A stretch of DNA of 63,724 nt, filler included, from Choristocarpus tenellus KU-1152 (GCA_964200185.2; 12 parts of 12 records of this genome joined end to end with filler, not necessarily neighbours in it); one strand, 5' to 3'. Shown: positions 1 to 12,179, numbered from the whole stretch's first letter. The notes: generated by a model from the sequence alone, not told the origin. Translations and numbers: made by a program.

Positions 1-655
1 AAGGTGAGCATTGAGGGGCGCCTGTAACATCTCCCCCAACTGCTTACAAAGGTAGGATAGAGAGCACATCCTTGGTGCTGACATTGGGCATGTTGCAGAT
101 TCACTGTGCTGCTCATGTTTAGCCCTAGACACAGCAGTAGGTCACCTTTATGCCCTCCCATATCCAAAGCTATTCCACAGGGAATATCCTTAGAGTTAGC
201 GGCTAGCACACATCACATTCATTATATACTATTCACCTAATAGTCATACCAGTACATCATCTTTCAGCCTCCTTCGTGTTCAAAGATATGCACTCGGGAA
301 CATCTTTGATATTGCCAGCGACTACTCTTCACGTCCACCATTCCATTGAGTTTATTTGTAAACCAGTACATGGTTTTCTCCGGACAAATTTTGGCCATAC
401 CTGGACTGGCAAGCACATCCTCATTACTGGCACCGAGTATGATGACATACTGAGCTGCTATGAGGTGAGGCAGAGGTGAGGCAGTGACCAAAGGGCTCTC
501 CTCTGGCAGTTGTGAGGACATTTTTGACCAAACGTCAACTCCCAGAGTCCTCCGTTTCAGAATTGGAGGGACAGCAGTTTCATTATCCTTGGTACGCTGC
601 CTGTCTCCTGTCCCCAGGTACATAAAGCTTATTCTTTTTCTTGATCGATATAACT

Positions 656-917
656 GAGCCAAAGTATCCTAGAGGGTATAGCCGCGTCTGTTTAGAGGAC
701 CAAAATCCAGTGCTGCGATTTTGAGGTAATTTTGACTATTTTGTTTGCTCGAAGGTATCAATATCCATGTTCTGGACACACACCTTTTCATAACAGATAC
801 ATTTTAATTGTTTCGAAGCATTTCGGGGTAGATAAAATGTAATATTAAAAACGTGGGAAGCCAAGCCCCAAATGGACAAACAGAGCAAAACTCGTATCCT
901 CTAAGATACTTTCACTC
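656..917 (+). mobile_element. MITE family A, full-length copy
   Basis: Ends GAGCCAAAGTATCCTAGAGGG ... CCTCTAAGATACTTTCACTC form an inverted pair. Collinear with the copies at 2477 and 36777. No coding capacity. Confidence 0.85.
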
Positions 918-1900
918 AACCACGCTCCGCAAGACCCACCCTCACTCCACTGATACATTTTTTGTGCTCTGTAAGAAAAATACCCTTCTCCTTGCCAGTG
1001 AGATTGTTGCTGCATGGGTCTGCAAGGACACCAATGTCGGGGCAGCTCCTGTCCCTTGATGAAGGATAAACGTAGGACAATCCGATTGCGCTTTCTATAC
1101 TTCACCCGCCTCACTTTCTACAGATATTCTCAATCTCAGACCCAGGTCACACAACTTCTTGTTCCTTTCCTTCCAATACGTATCAACTGAACCAGAGTGT
1201 GCTGACCGCCCGTCTCGATAGCCTCCTCAAGAGGGGGGGTATGCTCTGCGTGGAACGGACCCTGCTTCTTTAGAAAGAAGCAGGTGATTGTACATCGAAA
1301 CAAGGAGGTACAAACTCTTTATGAAGAGGGTAGCTTTGGCTATGCCACTTCAACTCTGCTCCTTTCAAATACACGATGACTTTGTCCCTATCTACTTCTA
1401 CAAACACGGTTGATATATCAAACGTCGTCCCAATATTTGAGTTGTTTGGACTAGTCGAGCTTCACGGATCCACAAGAGTAGGTCCCTAAACTGCATGAGC
1501 ATGTTGTTGCTCGTCTATCCCTTACAGTTGGAGAAAATAGCTTACAAAAAGAGGATACGAAATACTTTCAAGTTGATGGAGATGATGACGAGTTTTACAT
1601 GGTGAGAAATATGATGCTGCTATTGCCTGGTGTGTGGGAAAGGTGGAGCCTGCTCGAAGTCGAATTCTATGCCATCATAGAGCAACAGTGACGGAGAACA
1701 AATCCCTCACCAGCAGCCCATTCTCAGTAATTTGTGTCCCTTTGAAAGAGTGAAACCTTGAGACATTCTAAGCTGCTGCTACAGAGTATCTATGAAGTAT
1801 GTGTGGGACCAAGAGGAATGCTTTCATGAATTCTGACTGGCACGATACCACGCTCTTGAGCCCTTGACTACTCTTTTTCCTGGTTCTCTACATCTTGCAG

Positions 1901-2281
1901 GCTTTTGAATCGGAGACATTCCAGGTATTGGTTCGACACGCACTAGAAGACGTAACTCACGTCATCAACCTCAAGGAGGGCGCAGACACCAAAGTCCTCG
2001 ACGCCAAGTCCATTGTGGAAAAAAAGAGCAACATTCTGAAAGGGGCACAGTGGCTCGCGTTTGATGGGAAGCGACTACAGGACGAAAAGAGTCTCAGAGA
2101 CTATGGGATCGAGAAAGGTTCAATCATATTCCTCTTGGAGAATCTGCGTGGGATCAGCTTTTACCATCCGTACCCAATGGATTTGTGTCTCGGGCTACCA
2201 TGGTGTTCATCCTGTCGAGAGTTCTCAGCCGTTAACCGCAAACCGTGTAAGGCTAAAGGTGAACCTTCGCTGGAAAATCAG
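1901..2281 (+). CDS. Internal exon encoding a ubiquitin-like domain (partial gene)
   Basis: Boundaries ttgcag| and |gtgaag, 127 codons. QWLAFDGKRLQDEKSLRDYGIEKGSIIFL matches ubiquitin [29 protein letters not shown]. A possible upstream exon lies at about 1482-1601. Confidence 0.7.
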
Positions 2282-2476
2282 GTGAAGGCTTTGTGCCGTT
2301 GAGCACAAGTATTGGGCCTTGTTGTGGGGAATGGGAGGGAGGAAGAGCGGCTAGTCGTGTTCACAGTTATTGATCACTACGTTGAGTTAAGCGAGTTAGA
2401 TTGTTGGACGTAAATCGTGTGTGCGGGGCATCTGTTTGAAGCCATACCCTGAAGGTAGTGAAAGAGAAGGAAGAAG

Positions 2477-2741
2477 GAACCTAAGTATCTTAGAGGGTGG
2501 AGCCATGTCCATTTGGGGCCCAAAATCCAATGTTGCGATTTTGAGGTAATAATGTCTATGGTGTTTGTTAGGAGATTTCAATATCCTTGTTCTGGACACA
2601 CCTTTTCATAATGTATATATATATATATTACCTACTTCGAAATGGTTTCGGGGTAGGTAAAATGTCATTAAGGCCCGTGGGAAGCCAAGCCCCAAATGGA
2701 CAATCAGGGCAAAACTCGTACCCTCTAAGATACTTTCACTC
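2477..2741 (+). mobile_element. MITE family A, full-length copy with AAG target-site duplication
   Basis: aag|GAACCTAAGTATCTTAGAGGG ... CCCTCTAAGATACTTTCACTC|aag. Confidence 0.9.
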
Positions 2742-2992
2742 AAGATGATATTACTTTTGAAGCAATAGAAATGAATGAGTACTAGTGCAGGGTGGAGGTG
2801 TGCATACAGGTTTACGTATGTTTTGTTTGACATGGCATTTTATTCTTTCGAAGGTGTACGATAATCCGTTTTTTTTTTTAGAATGTGCTTAATGCAGTAT
2901 ATCAAGAGACCTGCAAGCCTTTGCACCAAGTGACGGAAGAGTACACAGTCACTTTGAAATAATAATCTAATCCTGTACATATATGTGTATAT

Positions 2993-3090
2993 AACAGCCG
3001 ATTTCAAAAATTGAGGATGGAGCTTTCATTGAGGATGGGCTTGACCCAAAATTGACTGGGATAAAGTGTCGACATGATTTTTCTTTTTAA
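2993..3090 (+). repeat. Dispersed repeat family C
   Basis: AACAGCCGATTTCAAAAATTGAGGAT...GACCCAAAATTGAC matches the reverse complement of about 32350-32435 on another contig. Confidence 0.7.
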
Positions 3091-3361
3091 TGTGGGCCCG
3101 ACATTTGCTGTTATATGGTATTTGAAGTGCAAGTGTGGAAGGTTTGAAATGCAGGTCCTTTTTGGTTGATAGTACCCCCCTTCTAACTAAGGTCACCATC
3201 AAATCACCAAGGCATGCGTACTAGTATTGAACAGTATGTTGAGTTATGTGGCAGAGCTGGATGGCAATGAGTCGACTTTTCATCAGGCCCCAAAATATTC
3301 TTGTGCTACATCTAGCCAATGAATTTTCACAGTCAGTGATGAGGACACACCGTAGCTCAAA

Positions 3362-3436
3362 GAGTGAAAGTATCTTAGAGGGGGCGAGTTTTCCCCTGTT
3401 TGTCCATTTGGGGCTTGGCTTCTCATGTTTTTTTTT
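3362..3436 (-). mobile_element. MITE family A end, interrupted by a family B copy
   Basis: GAGTGAAAGTATCTTAGAGGG-...-GTCCATTTGGGGCTTGGCTTC, followed directly by a family B end. Confidence 0.8.
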
Positions 3437-3523
3437 TACTCAAAGTATCTGGGGGGGGGGGGGGGGGCAGCTGTCCATTTGGGGTCAATTTTTTCATGTC
3501 GCGATTTTTTGATGATTTTTTTG
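3437..3523 (+). mobile_element. MITE family B, truncated at contig end
   Basis: CTCAAAGTATCT-G run-CAGCTGTCCATTTGGGGTCAATTTTTTCAT, as in the copy at 4233. Confidence 0.85.
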
Positions 3524-3623
3524 NNNNNNNNNNNNNNNNNNNNNNNNNNNNNNNNNNNNNNNNNNNNTTAATTAATTAANNNNNNNNNNNNNNNNNNNNN
3601 NNNNNNNNNNNNNNNNNNNNNNN
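3524..3623. other. Artificial contig spacer N44-TTAATTAATTAA-N44 (also at 9601, 12307, 23783, 26930, 32204, 39205, 42692, 45407, 48135, 60779)
   Basis: Identical 100-nt block with stops in all six frames, present 11 times. Confidence 0.98.
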
Positions 3624-3649
3624 ATGGACTCAATTCAATACAATAATCT

Positions 3650-3820
3650 TATATGCACAAAATAAGGTACACCTCACTATTGTCCTATTTTGCACAGTGT
3701 CCGGAGCAAGGATATTGACACTTGCGAACAAACACTGTAGTAGCCAAAATTAATAAGAATCGCAACATCGGATTTATGACCCCGAATGGACACGACCCTC
3801 CCTCTTAAATGCTTTGACGC
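3650..3820 (-). mobile_element. Degenerate MITE family A fragment
   Basis: GTGTCCGGAGCAAGGATATTGACA...ATCGCAACATCGGATTT...AATGGAC resembles the reverse complement of the left half of family A. Confidence 0.6.
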
Positions 3821-4232
3821 TCTTTTTTGTTATTCTTTCTAGGAACAACAGATGCTAAACCAAGCCCCACCACGTATAATAGTATCACTCTTCTCTTTTC
3901 AACCATCTCATCACTTTCAAGCAAAGGGGAATCGTGTGAGGCTCCATCTTTTTTTTTTCTCTTCTTCCATACTCACACAGATAGTCTAAATCCGCACGGG
4001 AGTTACAACTTGGTATGGGGATAACTGAGGAGCGATACAGGCTGGGACAACTATGGGTCTCAATCAAAGAACGAGGCATGCTGACATTAAGTTCAAATGT
4101 GCAAGGAGAACATGTAAGCCAGTCTATTTGAAGTGAAGTAGATACCAGCCACTCTGCGATAGAAGACTTTGTAAACACTGTATTAATAAGATGAGCGTGC
4201 TCTGCGAGTGCTGAAGCCATCATCTGTGTTCT

Positions 4233-4405
4233 GACCTAAAGTATCTGGAGGGGGTGGCAGCTGTCCATTTGGGGTCAATTTTTTCATTTCGCGATTTTTG
4301 GGTGTTTTGGTTCCATATGTAGGATGGATAATGTAAATGCACTTTTCCTGATTTTGGACCAAATGAACACCCTGGTGTAGACCCCCCCCCCAGATACTTT
4401 GGGTC
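4233..4405 (+). mobile_element. MITE family B, full-length copy with TCT TSD
   Basis: tct|GACCTAAAGTATCTGG ... CCAGATACTTTGGGTC|tct. Confidence 0.9.
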
Positions 4406-5129
4406 TCTTTTTCTTGCACTCTCATGGGAGAATGTGCAGAATACGATATTAATTACAGTAATATGCAACCGAAAGTATTCGGGATGATAGTTCATATGTT
4501 TCCGTCTACTTTCCGATAATTAATTATGGGATGAAGTTCAGATATTCGGGATATTTTGTGTATGGAGATGGAGATTTCTGGAAACGTCACAACCGCTTCT
4601 TTTTGTTGTTCTTTTTAGAAACAACAGTTCCTAAACCAAGTCCAATCGTCTATAACAACATCACGTTCAGCAAAGAAGATGTCCAGTAGTAGGGTATGCT
4701 CAACCCCATTTAGCACCCCTACGCCAAACTGCCCCATTCCTCGGAAATGTTCCTCGGGGAAGGAGCGCCACTCTGAGCGGAGAGCTGAAGCCCGTGTCCT
4801 TCTGAAAAAAGAGCCACAGGTCACTGGTCGGCACTTCTCCCCGATCGCCGAAAGCTTTCAAAGCTCAGGAGGTTAAGAGTCTGGGGAGGTGTAGGCAAGG
4901 TCCTATAACTTAGCAAAAACCTATATCGCTTCTTCATGACTAAAATATGTCGCAATAGCATAAGAAAGATCCTCCGCAGGAATTCGGAATTCCTGACAAG
5001 ACACTTCGATCGGTATAACGGTATATTGCATACTGCACAGGCGGTATAATATGTGATAACCCTATTTTCCACCCCTACATTATTTTTTTATCTTTTTGAA
5101 GAGTACTCACGTACAAGAAGATATATACT

Positions 5130-6090
5130 ATTACTACTATGCCAACTGACATTTTCCAGATGTGTCAGGGGAAAAAACAATGAAAGCAATTCATATGTCA
5201 GAAAAATCCCTAAAAAAGTAACAGTTGTCGTAAATGTGAAAAATATCAATTTACTATTCTACTATCAGCTATACTGTACCACTCCCTTCCTGTGCCTTCA
5301 ACCTAGCTTAGTCCTGCAACCCAGGGAGAGGAGCTAGAGAAGCATCCCCAAGAATCTAACAGGTCCCTCCTTGCCTATCTCCCTGGTGTCTCCAGCTTAA
5401 AACACATGACACGTCTAGATAGGGCCACCTGCGTTGTGACAGAGACTACTATCTGTCGTAGGCAGGATTTAACCGCCCCTTTTCTGCTACAACATCCTGT
5501 CCCTCTCCCCCCTACTGTGTGCGTAGCTAGCTCATCCAGAAAACGTTCCGCTTGCTTACCGAAGCGCCCCAAACCTTCCACCGTGAAGGTGTTGAGGTTG
5601 TAACTACAAAGGCCAAAAGATCCCTTGGGCGCGCTTTCGCGCCTCAGCTGCAGCTGCACACCATTGCAGGTGGATGAGTGGGGTAGATGGGAGGCTGCTT
5701 GCACTTCTGCAGATGCAACATCTAGGAGGAAGCATTTGTCTTGGTCGGGAGCTGATCCAGTGTCTGCAAGTGCCCCCGCATGGAAGACTATATCCATGCG
5801 GAAATTCCTATCTACTGTAAATGGGCTACTGCCCTCCACAGTGCAAGGGATGCCCATTCCTTTGCAGAGTTGACCCAGATGCTTCACTATTGGTATGTGT
5901 TTGCGAACCTGTCCTCCAGCCCTAGGGCAGGAACGTGCATGTCAGGTGTCTACATTTTTCCTCCTGCGACCAGTCACTGAGCACCTGTTCGATAGGGCCT
6001 CCTCTCTCCCTAAGGATCTGCTGGCGGTGAGTTTAAACTAAACGGGGGGGATGTGGCATGCCGGCTCCAGGGATTGTGTTGAGGCCCATG
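5130..6090 (-). mobile_element. 5'-truncated non-LTR retrotransposon (CRE/R2-like, restriction-like endonuclease), copy 1
   Basis: Minus strand encodes a zinc-knuckle remnant HARSCPRAGGQVRKH, then RMDIV..FLLDV..FTVEGLGRFGKQAERFLDELA (PD-(D/E)xK RLE pattern), with an in-frame stop upstream. The 3' UTR ends in a stem-loop and a TAG/TAA-rich tail. Confidence 0.8.
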
Positions 6091-6096
6091 CATATA

Positions 6097-6790
6097 AACT
6101 ATTATGCCAACTGACATTTTCCAGATGTGTCAGGGGAAAAAACAATGAAAACAATTCACACCTCAGAAAAGTCCCTAAAAAAGTAACAGTCGTAAGTGTG
6201 AAAGACATTAATCTATTTAATATTTTACAACCAGCTATGTTGTACCACTCCCTTCCTGTGCCTTCAACCTAGCTTAGTCCTGCAACCCAGGGTGAGGAGC
6301 TAGGGAAGCATCCTAAGAATCCAACAAGCCCCTCCTTGCTCATCTCCCTGGTGTCTCCAGCTTATAACGCATGACACGTCTAGATAGGGCTACCTGCGTT
6401 GTGACAGAGACTGTCTGTCGTAGGCAGGATTTGACCGCCCCTTTTCTGCTGTAGCTTCGTGCTCCTTTCCCCCCTACTGCGTGCGTAGCCAATTCATCCA
6501 GAAAACGTTCCGCTTACTTACCGTGGCGCACACTTGAAGGTGTTGAGGTTATAACTACGAGGGTCAAAAGAACCCTTGTAGTCGGTGAGCTTTCGCGCCT
6601 CAGCTGCAGCAGCAGTTACGCCATTGCTGGTGGATGAGTGGGGTAGATGGGAGGCTGCTTGCACTTATGTAAAGTGTAACATTGGCTCCTGCACCCAGCT
6701 ACTGGGCACTTGTTCGATAGAGCCTCCTCCCTCCCTAGGGATCTGCTGCAGTGAGTCTAACCTCTGGGAGGGATCTGGCACGCTGGTTCC
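6097..6790 (-). mobile_element. Same non-LTR element, copy 2 (internally deleted)
   Basis: Collinear with 5136-5707, then jumps to the equivalent of about 5975-6060. Confidence 0.8.
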
Positions 6791-6799
6791 ATATATTGT

Positions 6800-6900
6800 G
6801 ATGCCCTCTGGCATTTTGCACATATGGCAGGGAAAATGCCAAACCAATATCACCAGGATCCCTAGTAGAAGTAACAGTTATCGTAAATATCATAACTTTT
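6800..6900 (-). mobile_element. Same element, 3'-terminal fragment (copy 3, diverged)
   Basis: ATGCCCTCTGGCATTTTGCACATATGGCAGGGAAAA...CCCTAGTAGAAGTAACAGTT resembles 5139-5226. Confidence 0.55.
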
Positions 6901-9241
6901 TACAGCTACACTGACATACTTTGGCAACCATTTTATCAAATTAGTGGAAATTAGAAATGTCCCAGTTTTTGTTGCCTGTATGAGAGAAGCGTTGAAGAAA
7001 GTCTTCATCTGATGCCAAAAAAGAGAATCATCATCTCACACAACAAGATAGACTCACTATAAAACAAGGCAACAAGTGAGACACAGTGAACAAAAGTATA
7101 TATGAATGTCTACAAATAAGAACGTCTTCGGTTGTCTCCTGAGTTTTGCCTCCATACAGTCTACAAGTTCATGCTTTGGTTACCCATGCCATGACATGCT
7201 ACGCTTGAAAGAAAGCAATGTATCACACACCCATCGTCGCATTTATTCGTGCCTAGAGTGCATCAGTTCCTGCTGGTTCTATTATGCTCCTATAAATGCC
7301 CAAACAACAACGCTGGAAGCCCACATCTTCATTCATTTATTTTGTGTTAAGAGGCTAATTTTTCTACATCATTACATGATGTATAGTGTGATAGAACTTT
7401 GGGTACATCACTTGTACAATATGCAATGTTACTTTTTACACGAACATCTCTTGACAGGCACAACATATCATAAAACTTTATCACCGACACAACAAATGTC
7501 GCACACACCACACAACAACTCCATTGGCATCGTCGTATTACGATATTACATGAGTGTGGTATCAACTGTACTTCCCGACAGGGTTAACAATATTCAACGT
7601 GTAGAAGAAATGAGTTAGTATACAGGAATACAACGCCATTCGATGGAAAACTACTGGAACTGGAAGGGAATTGTAAATCTGTGTCCCTACGCATCTTGTA
7701 TAGCAGATGCTGTTAGAATGCCCTTCTTTTTGTCACGAGCTGTACGGCAAACGAGGTAAGTAAGACAGTGCAGGTTGGCCACTACACCGAAGTATTGAGT
7801 ATTTTACCGTCACACTCAAGCACTTATTTTTTTCACACAGCATTTGCCCTCGTTACGTTTTGTCGTATAGCGAGGACTGCTGGTATACGGATTCAAAACT
7901 CTTTGAGGTTCTTACACCTTGTGTCACGCATTCCCAAGGTCAAGCAACGTCCAAAATCTATTTCCTCTTCATTTATTATCATCCAGGACAAAGCTCGGGT
8001 CCCATTTCCTCCAAAATGCACATGTTATCCGTTCAAACGCTTTGTTGACGGCATTGTTAGAGTATTCAATCTGTTTCATGCCATTATATGATGCCCGAGG
8101 AAGCAGGGGTGTATTTTTCGTCATCTCAGCGTTCTAGCCTAGCCTGGGAATACCTAAACCATACCTACCTGTCCTTAAATATGCCCTATTGAAATCTTTG
8201 AATATGTGACCCAGTCACATATTGCTGTCAGATGCGGTTTTCAACCTCTGTGGTGCTGCTGTAGATGGTCGGACCTAAGAGACGGGGGAAAGAGTTTGTG
8301 GGAAACGTTGTACCTCGATGGATAAGACTTGGTTTATAGAAACGAGCGACACCTGTGTATACTAGCCTGTCGTCTCAATTTGCCAATGTATCACCGAGTG
8401 ACCTGAGGAAACCAGACGGGATACTATGTAGGTACTCAGCCTCTCTCTCTGTGTGTTTAGTGCACACCAGAAATCAAGGCTTGTACCTACTTAATGCAAT
8501 CAAAAACTGAATGATGTGGACCAGTAAGTCAGAAGGAGAACCTATCACTCATCGAACTACTTGTCCTACTAGTACTGTTCCCTGCCCCTCATTTGTGCAA
8601 GTATGTCAAGAGAGTCTCTTTCTATTAAATTAATACTCTATCGTGGATTGTTAGACTTGTGTATGCATGACACCTAATACATAACGGGAAAATAAAGTCA
8701 ATATGGGTGTCACTCAACTACATATCCGTCTACTGACTCTTGTGAGGGAGTCATGTGGGATGGGGCCTGAATTACTGAACTGATGTGGCCATCATGGTAG
8801 AGTATAAAGGGAATATGGTTGAGATATGGAGATCTATAGCTATGTTGTGCTCCCCCTTTATGATTTCACCAGGGGGAGCAAGGAGTTGATGTATATACAC
8901 AAGGATATATTTACGATAAGATCGGATCTAAATTATACTGCTCCTGGTTTGTTTTGCATTGGGGAATAGGACGATTCAAGACGATATCAACGAGATATGA
9001 TTTTAAAATCACTGTTTAACTATGAGAAGATTCCATGTTGGAATGATACCTACAGCCAGTACAAATGAGGTCACAGAATATACAAATCACATTACTTCAC
9101 CACCGTGCCTTGTCAGTATTGACCTTTCTTTCTGGGGTCACTATAGTTGAAATCAAAACATAGAATTGATTGTCTGGATACATGTACCATCAACACAAAA
9201 ATCCTTCCCCCTTCATTCCACGTATGTTAACACTGGAATGC

Positions 9242-9475
9242 TTACTCAAATGATTCCTTCGACAGTCTCTTTCGGAAGAGGTCTACATGTTCGAACTTTG
9301 AAACTAAATATCTGATTACAATCTTCCCCTCCCTCTCGAACTGGTGTACACAGTGGTACCATGTATCTATGTGCTTTGTTTTTCTCCCTCCAGATACTGT
9401 CTTCTGGGCAATCTTAATGGCACTATCTTTATCCACAAACGCTGATACTTTCTCCATTCGGAATAACTGTATCAC
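9242..9475 (-). mobile_element. Ty1/Copia RNase H C-terminal relic
   Basis: DKDSAIKIA...RKTKHIDTWYHCVHQ...GKIVIRYL...HVDLFRKRL matches Copia DNxSAIxxA..RTKHIDxRYHFVRE..ADIFTKPL. Confidence 0.8.
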
Positions 9476-9539
9476 AATATTTGCAGTCCTGCTGAAGCTA
9501 GGTTACTTTTCATGTGCAGACACTAAAAGGATCAAACCT

Positions 9540-9600
9540 GGCTCAAAGTATCTGGGAGGGGGTGGCGGCTGTCCATTTGGGGTCAATTTTTTCATGTCGT
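9540..9600 (+). mobile_element. MITE family B, truncated at contig end
   Basis: GGCTCAAAGTATCTGGGAGGGGGTGGCGGCTGTCCATTTGGGG. Confidence 0.85.
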
Positions 9601-9762
9601 NNNNNNNNNNNNNNNNNNNNNNNNNNNNNNNNNNNNNNNNNNNNTTAATTAATTAANNNNNNNNNNNNNNNNNNNNNNNNNNNNNNNNNNNNNNNNNNNN
9701 ATCACATAATCCACCAGTGGTGTCTATAGTGTATCAGCAGCACTATCTACGAACAGCTCGCA

Positions 9763-11140
9763 GTGGGGAATGTATGCATTGTGCGGACGAAGCCGTCTGA
9801 ATACGATTTGTTGGAGTTCCTGCCGTTCACCATACATGAGAAGGAGACCGTGAAATGGAACTCCAGGGACCATTCCAGCTACGGAGGGATGTTCAGTGCT
9901 GGTGATGAGGTGGTGTTTGTGAGGGAAGACTTCGAGATATTGACTGCCACTTCTTTCGTTGATGGAGTGCCGACAGTTCGCCTCTCACGTGCGGATCGGG
10001 TGAGGCATCCGAGATTCCTACTAAATATTATTCTGTTGTAAATACAAACGAAAATGCGTCCAATTATTTTGAAACATATCACATAGGTTGGAGAATTTTA
10101 CAATATTGTATTATAAATTATATTATTCTGTGTAGAATTTTTTCCCTTTAAGTTTGTCATTATTAATATTCGTTTTTGGTTCATATTACCATGGGCACGA
10201 AACTCCGCCAAACAACAACATCCACTATCAACACTGTCTGTCTCTCACACGATGGTCTTCAAGGTCTAACCCCCCACCCCAACCCCATCAACACAAAAAA
10301 TGTGATTGATCTGCAGGCCGCTCAACTGGGTCCCTGTGTCGTCCCCCTTCAGGCTATTGTCGACCCTGACTTCACACACACGTCGTTACAACCTCGACGA
10401 TACCTACACCATCCTACCAGGTCAATACCACAGATTCACTGTGGAATCTAATCGGCAATCCCTTGGCGGGATCCCTGTTCGCTTCTCAAGACAACACAGA
10501 CGTGGAGACACATCCAATGCCAACTTCGGCCGAGGCATCGCTTTCATCCTATGCAGGAGTGGAGATTCTATCATCCGGGGGCAAGTCCACGACGTTGACA
10601 TAGACGATTCCGGGGCATGTATCTACTCTGTGCGTTACCAAGGTGTGCATGGTGAGACCTCCTTACCACCTGGGCTGAGGTCATTCATGACGGAGGACGA
10701 GATCAAGGAGGGGGTGGAACAACTAAAGGAGAAGGAGAAAAGGGGCCAAGATAAGACTGCAGCCCAGCGTGTCAACAAACGCAGGGCACGGACATATGAC
10801 TCTACAGGCGAACCGTAGAGAGGAGGAGAAGGATACCGGGACATACACCCTCCTCAAACCATCATTGAGGGTTGTGCCAGTTTTGAACGGGGAAGGGACA
10901 CTTCATTCAAGAGCCAAGGGCAGAGGACTGTACTTTCGAATGGACAAGCAGTGGATGCGAGGGACCGTCACCAAATACCAGCCCCGCCATACAGAGCCAG
11001 TGAGAGAGGAGCGACTCAGCTACCCGTATGAGGTGAAATGGGAGAATGGCGAGGTACGAAATATCCAGCTTCTTCAACAACAATACAGCACCGAGCCTAA
11101 CGTGGAGCCGAGATCCTGGTTCTGGACCAGTCCCATATGA
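9763..11140 (+). pseudogene. Frameshifted gene with Tudor/SH3-barrel-like segments
   Basis: Protein-like ORFs in shifting frames (RGQVHDVDIDDSGACIYSVRYQG..MTEDEI; WMRGTVTKY..YPYEVKWENGE..YSTEP..SW). A GT-AG intron at about 10000-10316 does not restore a single frame. Confidence 0.4.
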
Positions 11141-12179
11141 CCGTAATATGGAACGGAGGTTGCAGAGAGTCGGACGCGCTACAATCTTCTTGAAATTCGT
11201 AGTTGTGTGTCACCCCTCGCCTCATCCATCCAGGACATCATGCCTCCCGTGGAAATCCTGTCCTATCTTAGTAGAGGTCGGACGAATGTTGTCGGGGCAG
11301 GGTTCATTATGCATTTTAATTACAATTGGGTGCTATGTCTATGTCGTTCATTTTAGGTGTACGTGTGTTGCCTTACGTTTGGATTTTGTGTTGATTTTTA
11401 CTTGACGGTTACAACCTGTTTCTTGGTCAATTATTTTCCTTACGACTACTGGTATATATTACATGGTGTAGTAGTTTGAAATGTATAGAATTTTGACATC
11501 GGAAAATCTAATTTACTTCTCTGTGTGTTTGCTAGAAAAAACAGATATTCTCACATCAACAATAAAATAGATATTGCCGCAGAAAGAATTCGTCGCATTC
11601 CCCTTCTAGTGTGGTCTTTTATATTCGGTGTTCCTCCTTCCACCCTTTATATATGGAGACAACAATCAAGGATTGCACATTCCCCTCTCCTACGTAAGAC
11701 GCTTTTCCACATTGATATCACATGCCCCTCTCCACAAAGGATATAATTTACATACCTCTATAACATACGAACGCGAATGCAATACAACTCTCGCCAACTC
11801 ATCCCCACGCACCCCCTTAACTTACATAGAGATCGCACAAGTACTTATCCCTTCACACCCCTCCCAAATTGACGAGGCCTTCTCCATCAATTGACAATCA
11901 CATATTGCTTAACGCTGGATATGACAAACCCTAAATCCCTACCTCAACTAACATTAATCCCACTCCATGAAGGCGATAAACCCACAAGAGATGAACTAAT
12001 CCAATCCGCACTTCACAACAAACCAAGAACCAAAACACCCCACCCCAGAAATCGACCTCCAAAAAGGCTACTTTTCCAACATCTACAGTGCCAAGTACAA
12101 ACACTAGGTGCACAGACTATGCAATTTTCCACCGAAGAAAGACCAACCTCCACGACTAAAGACACTCCATTATGCGTTT

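Noticed and set aside
1123-1380. In-frame TGA as possible selenocysteine
   Set aside because: No selenoprotein motif or SECIS element recognised.
3524-3623. Recurrent TTAATTAATTAA palindrome
   Set aside because: Artificial contig linker. Gene neighbourhoods across linkers were also disregarded.
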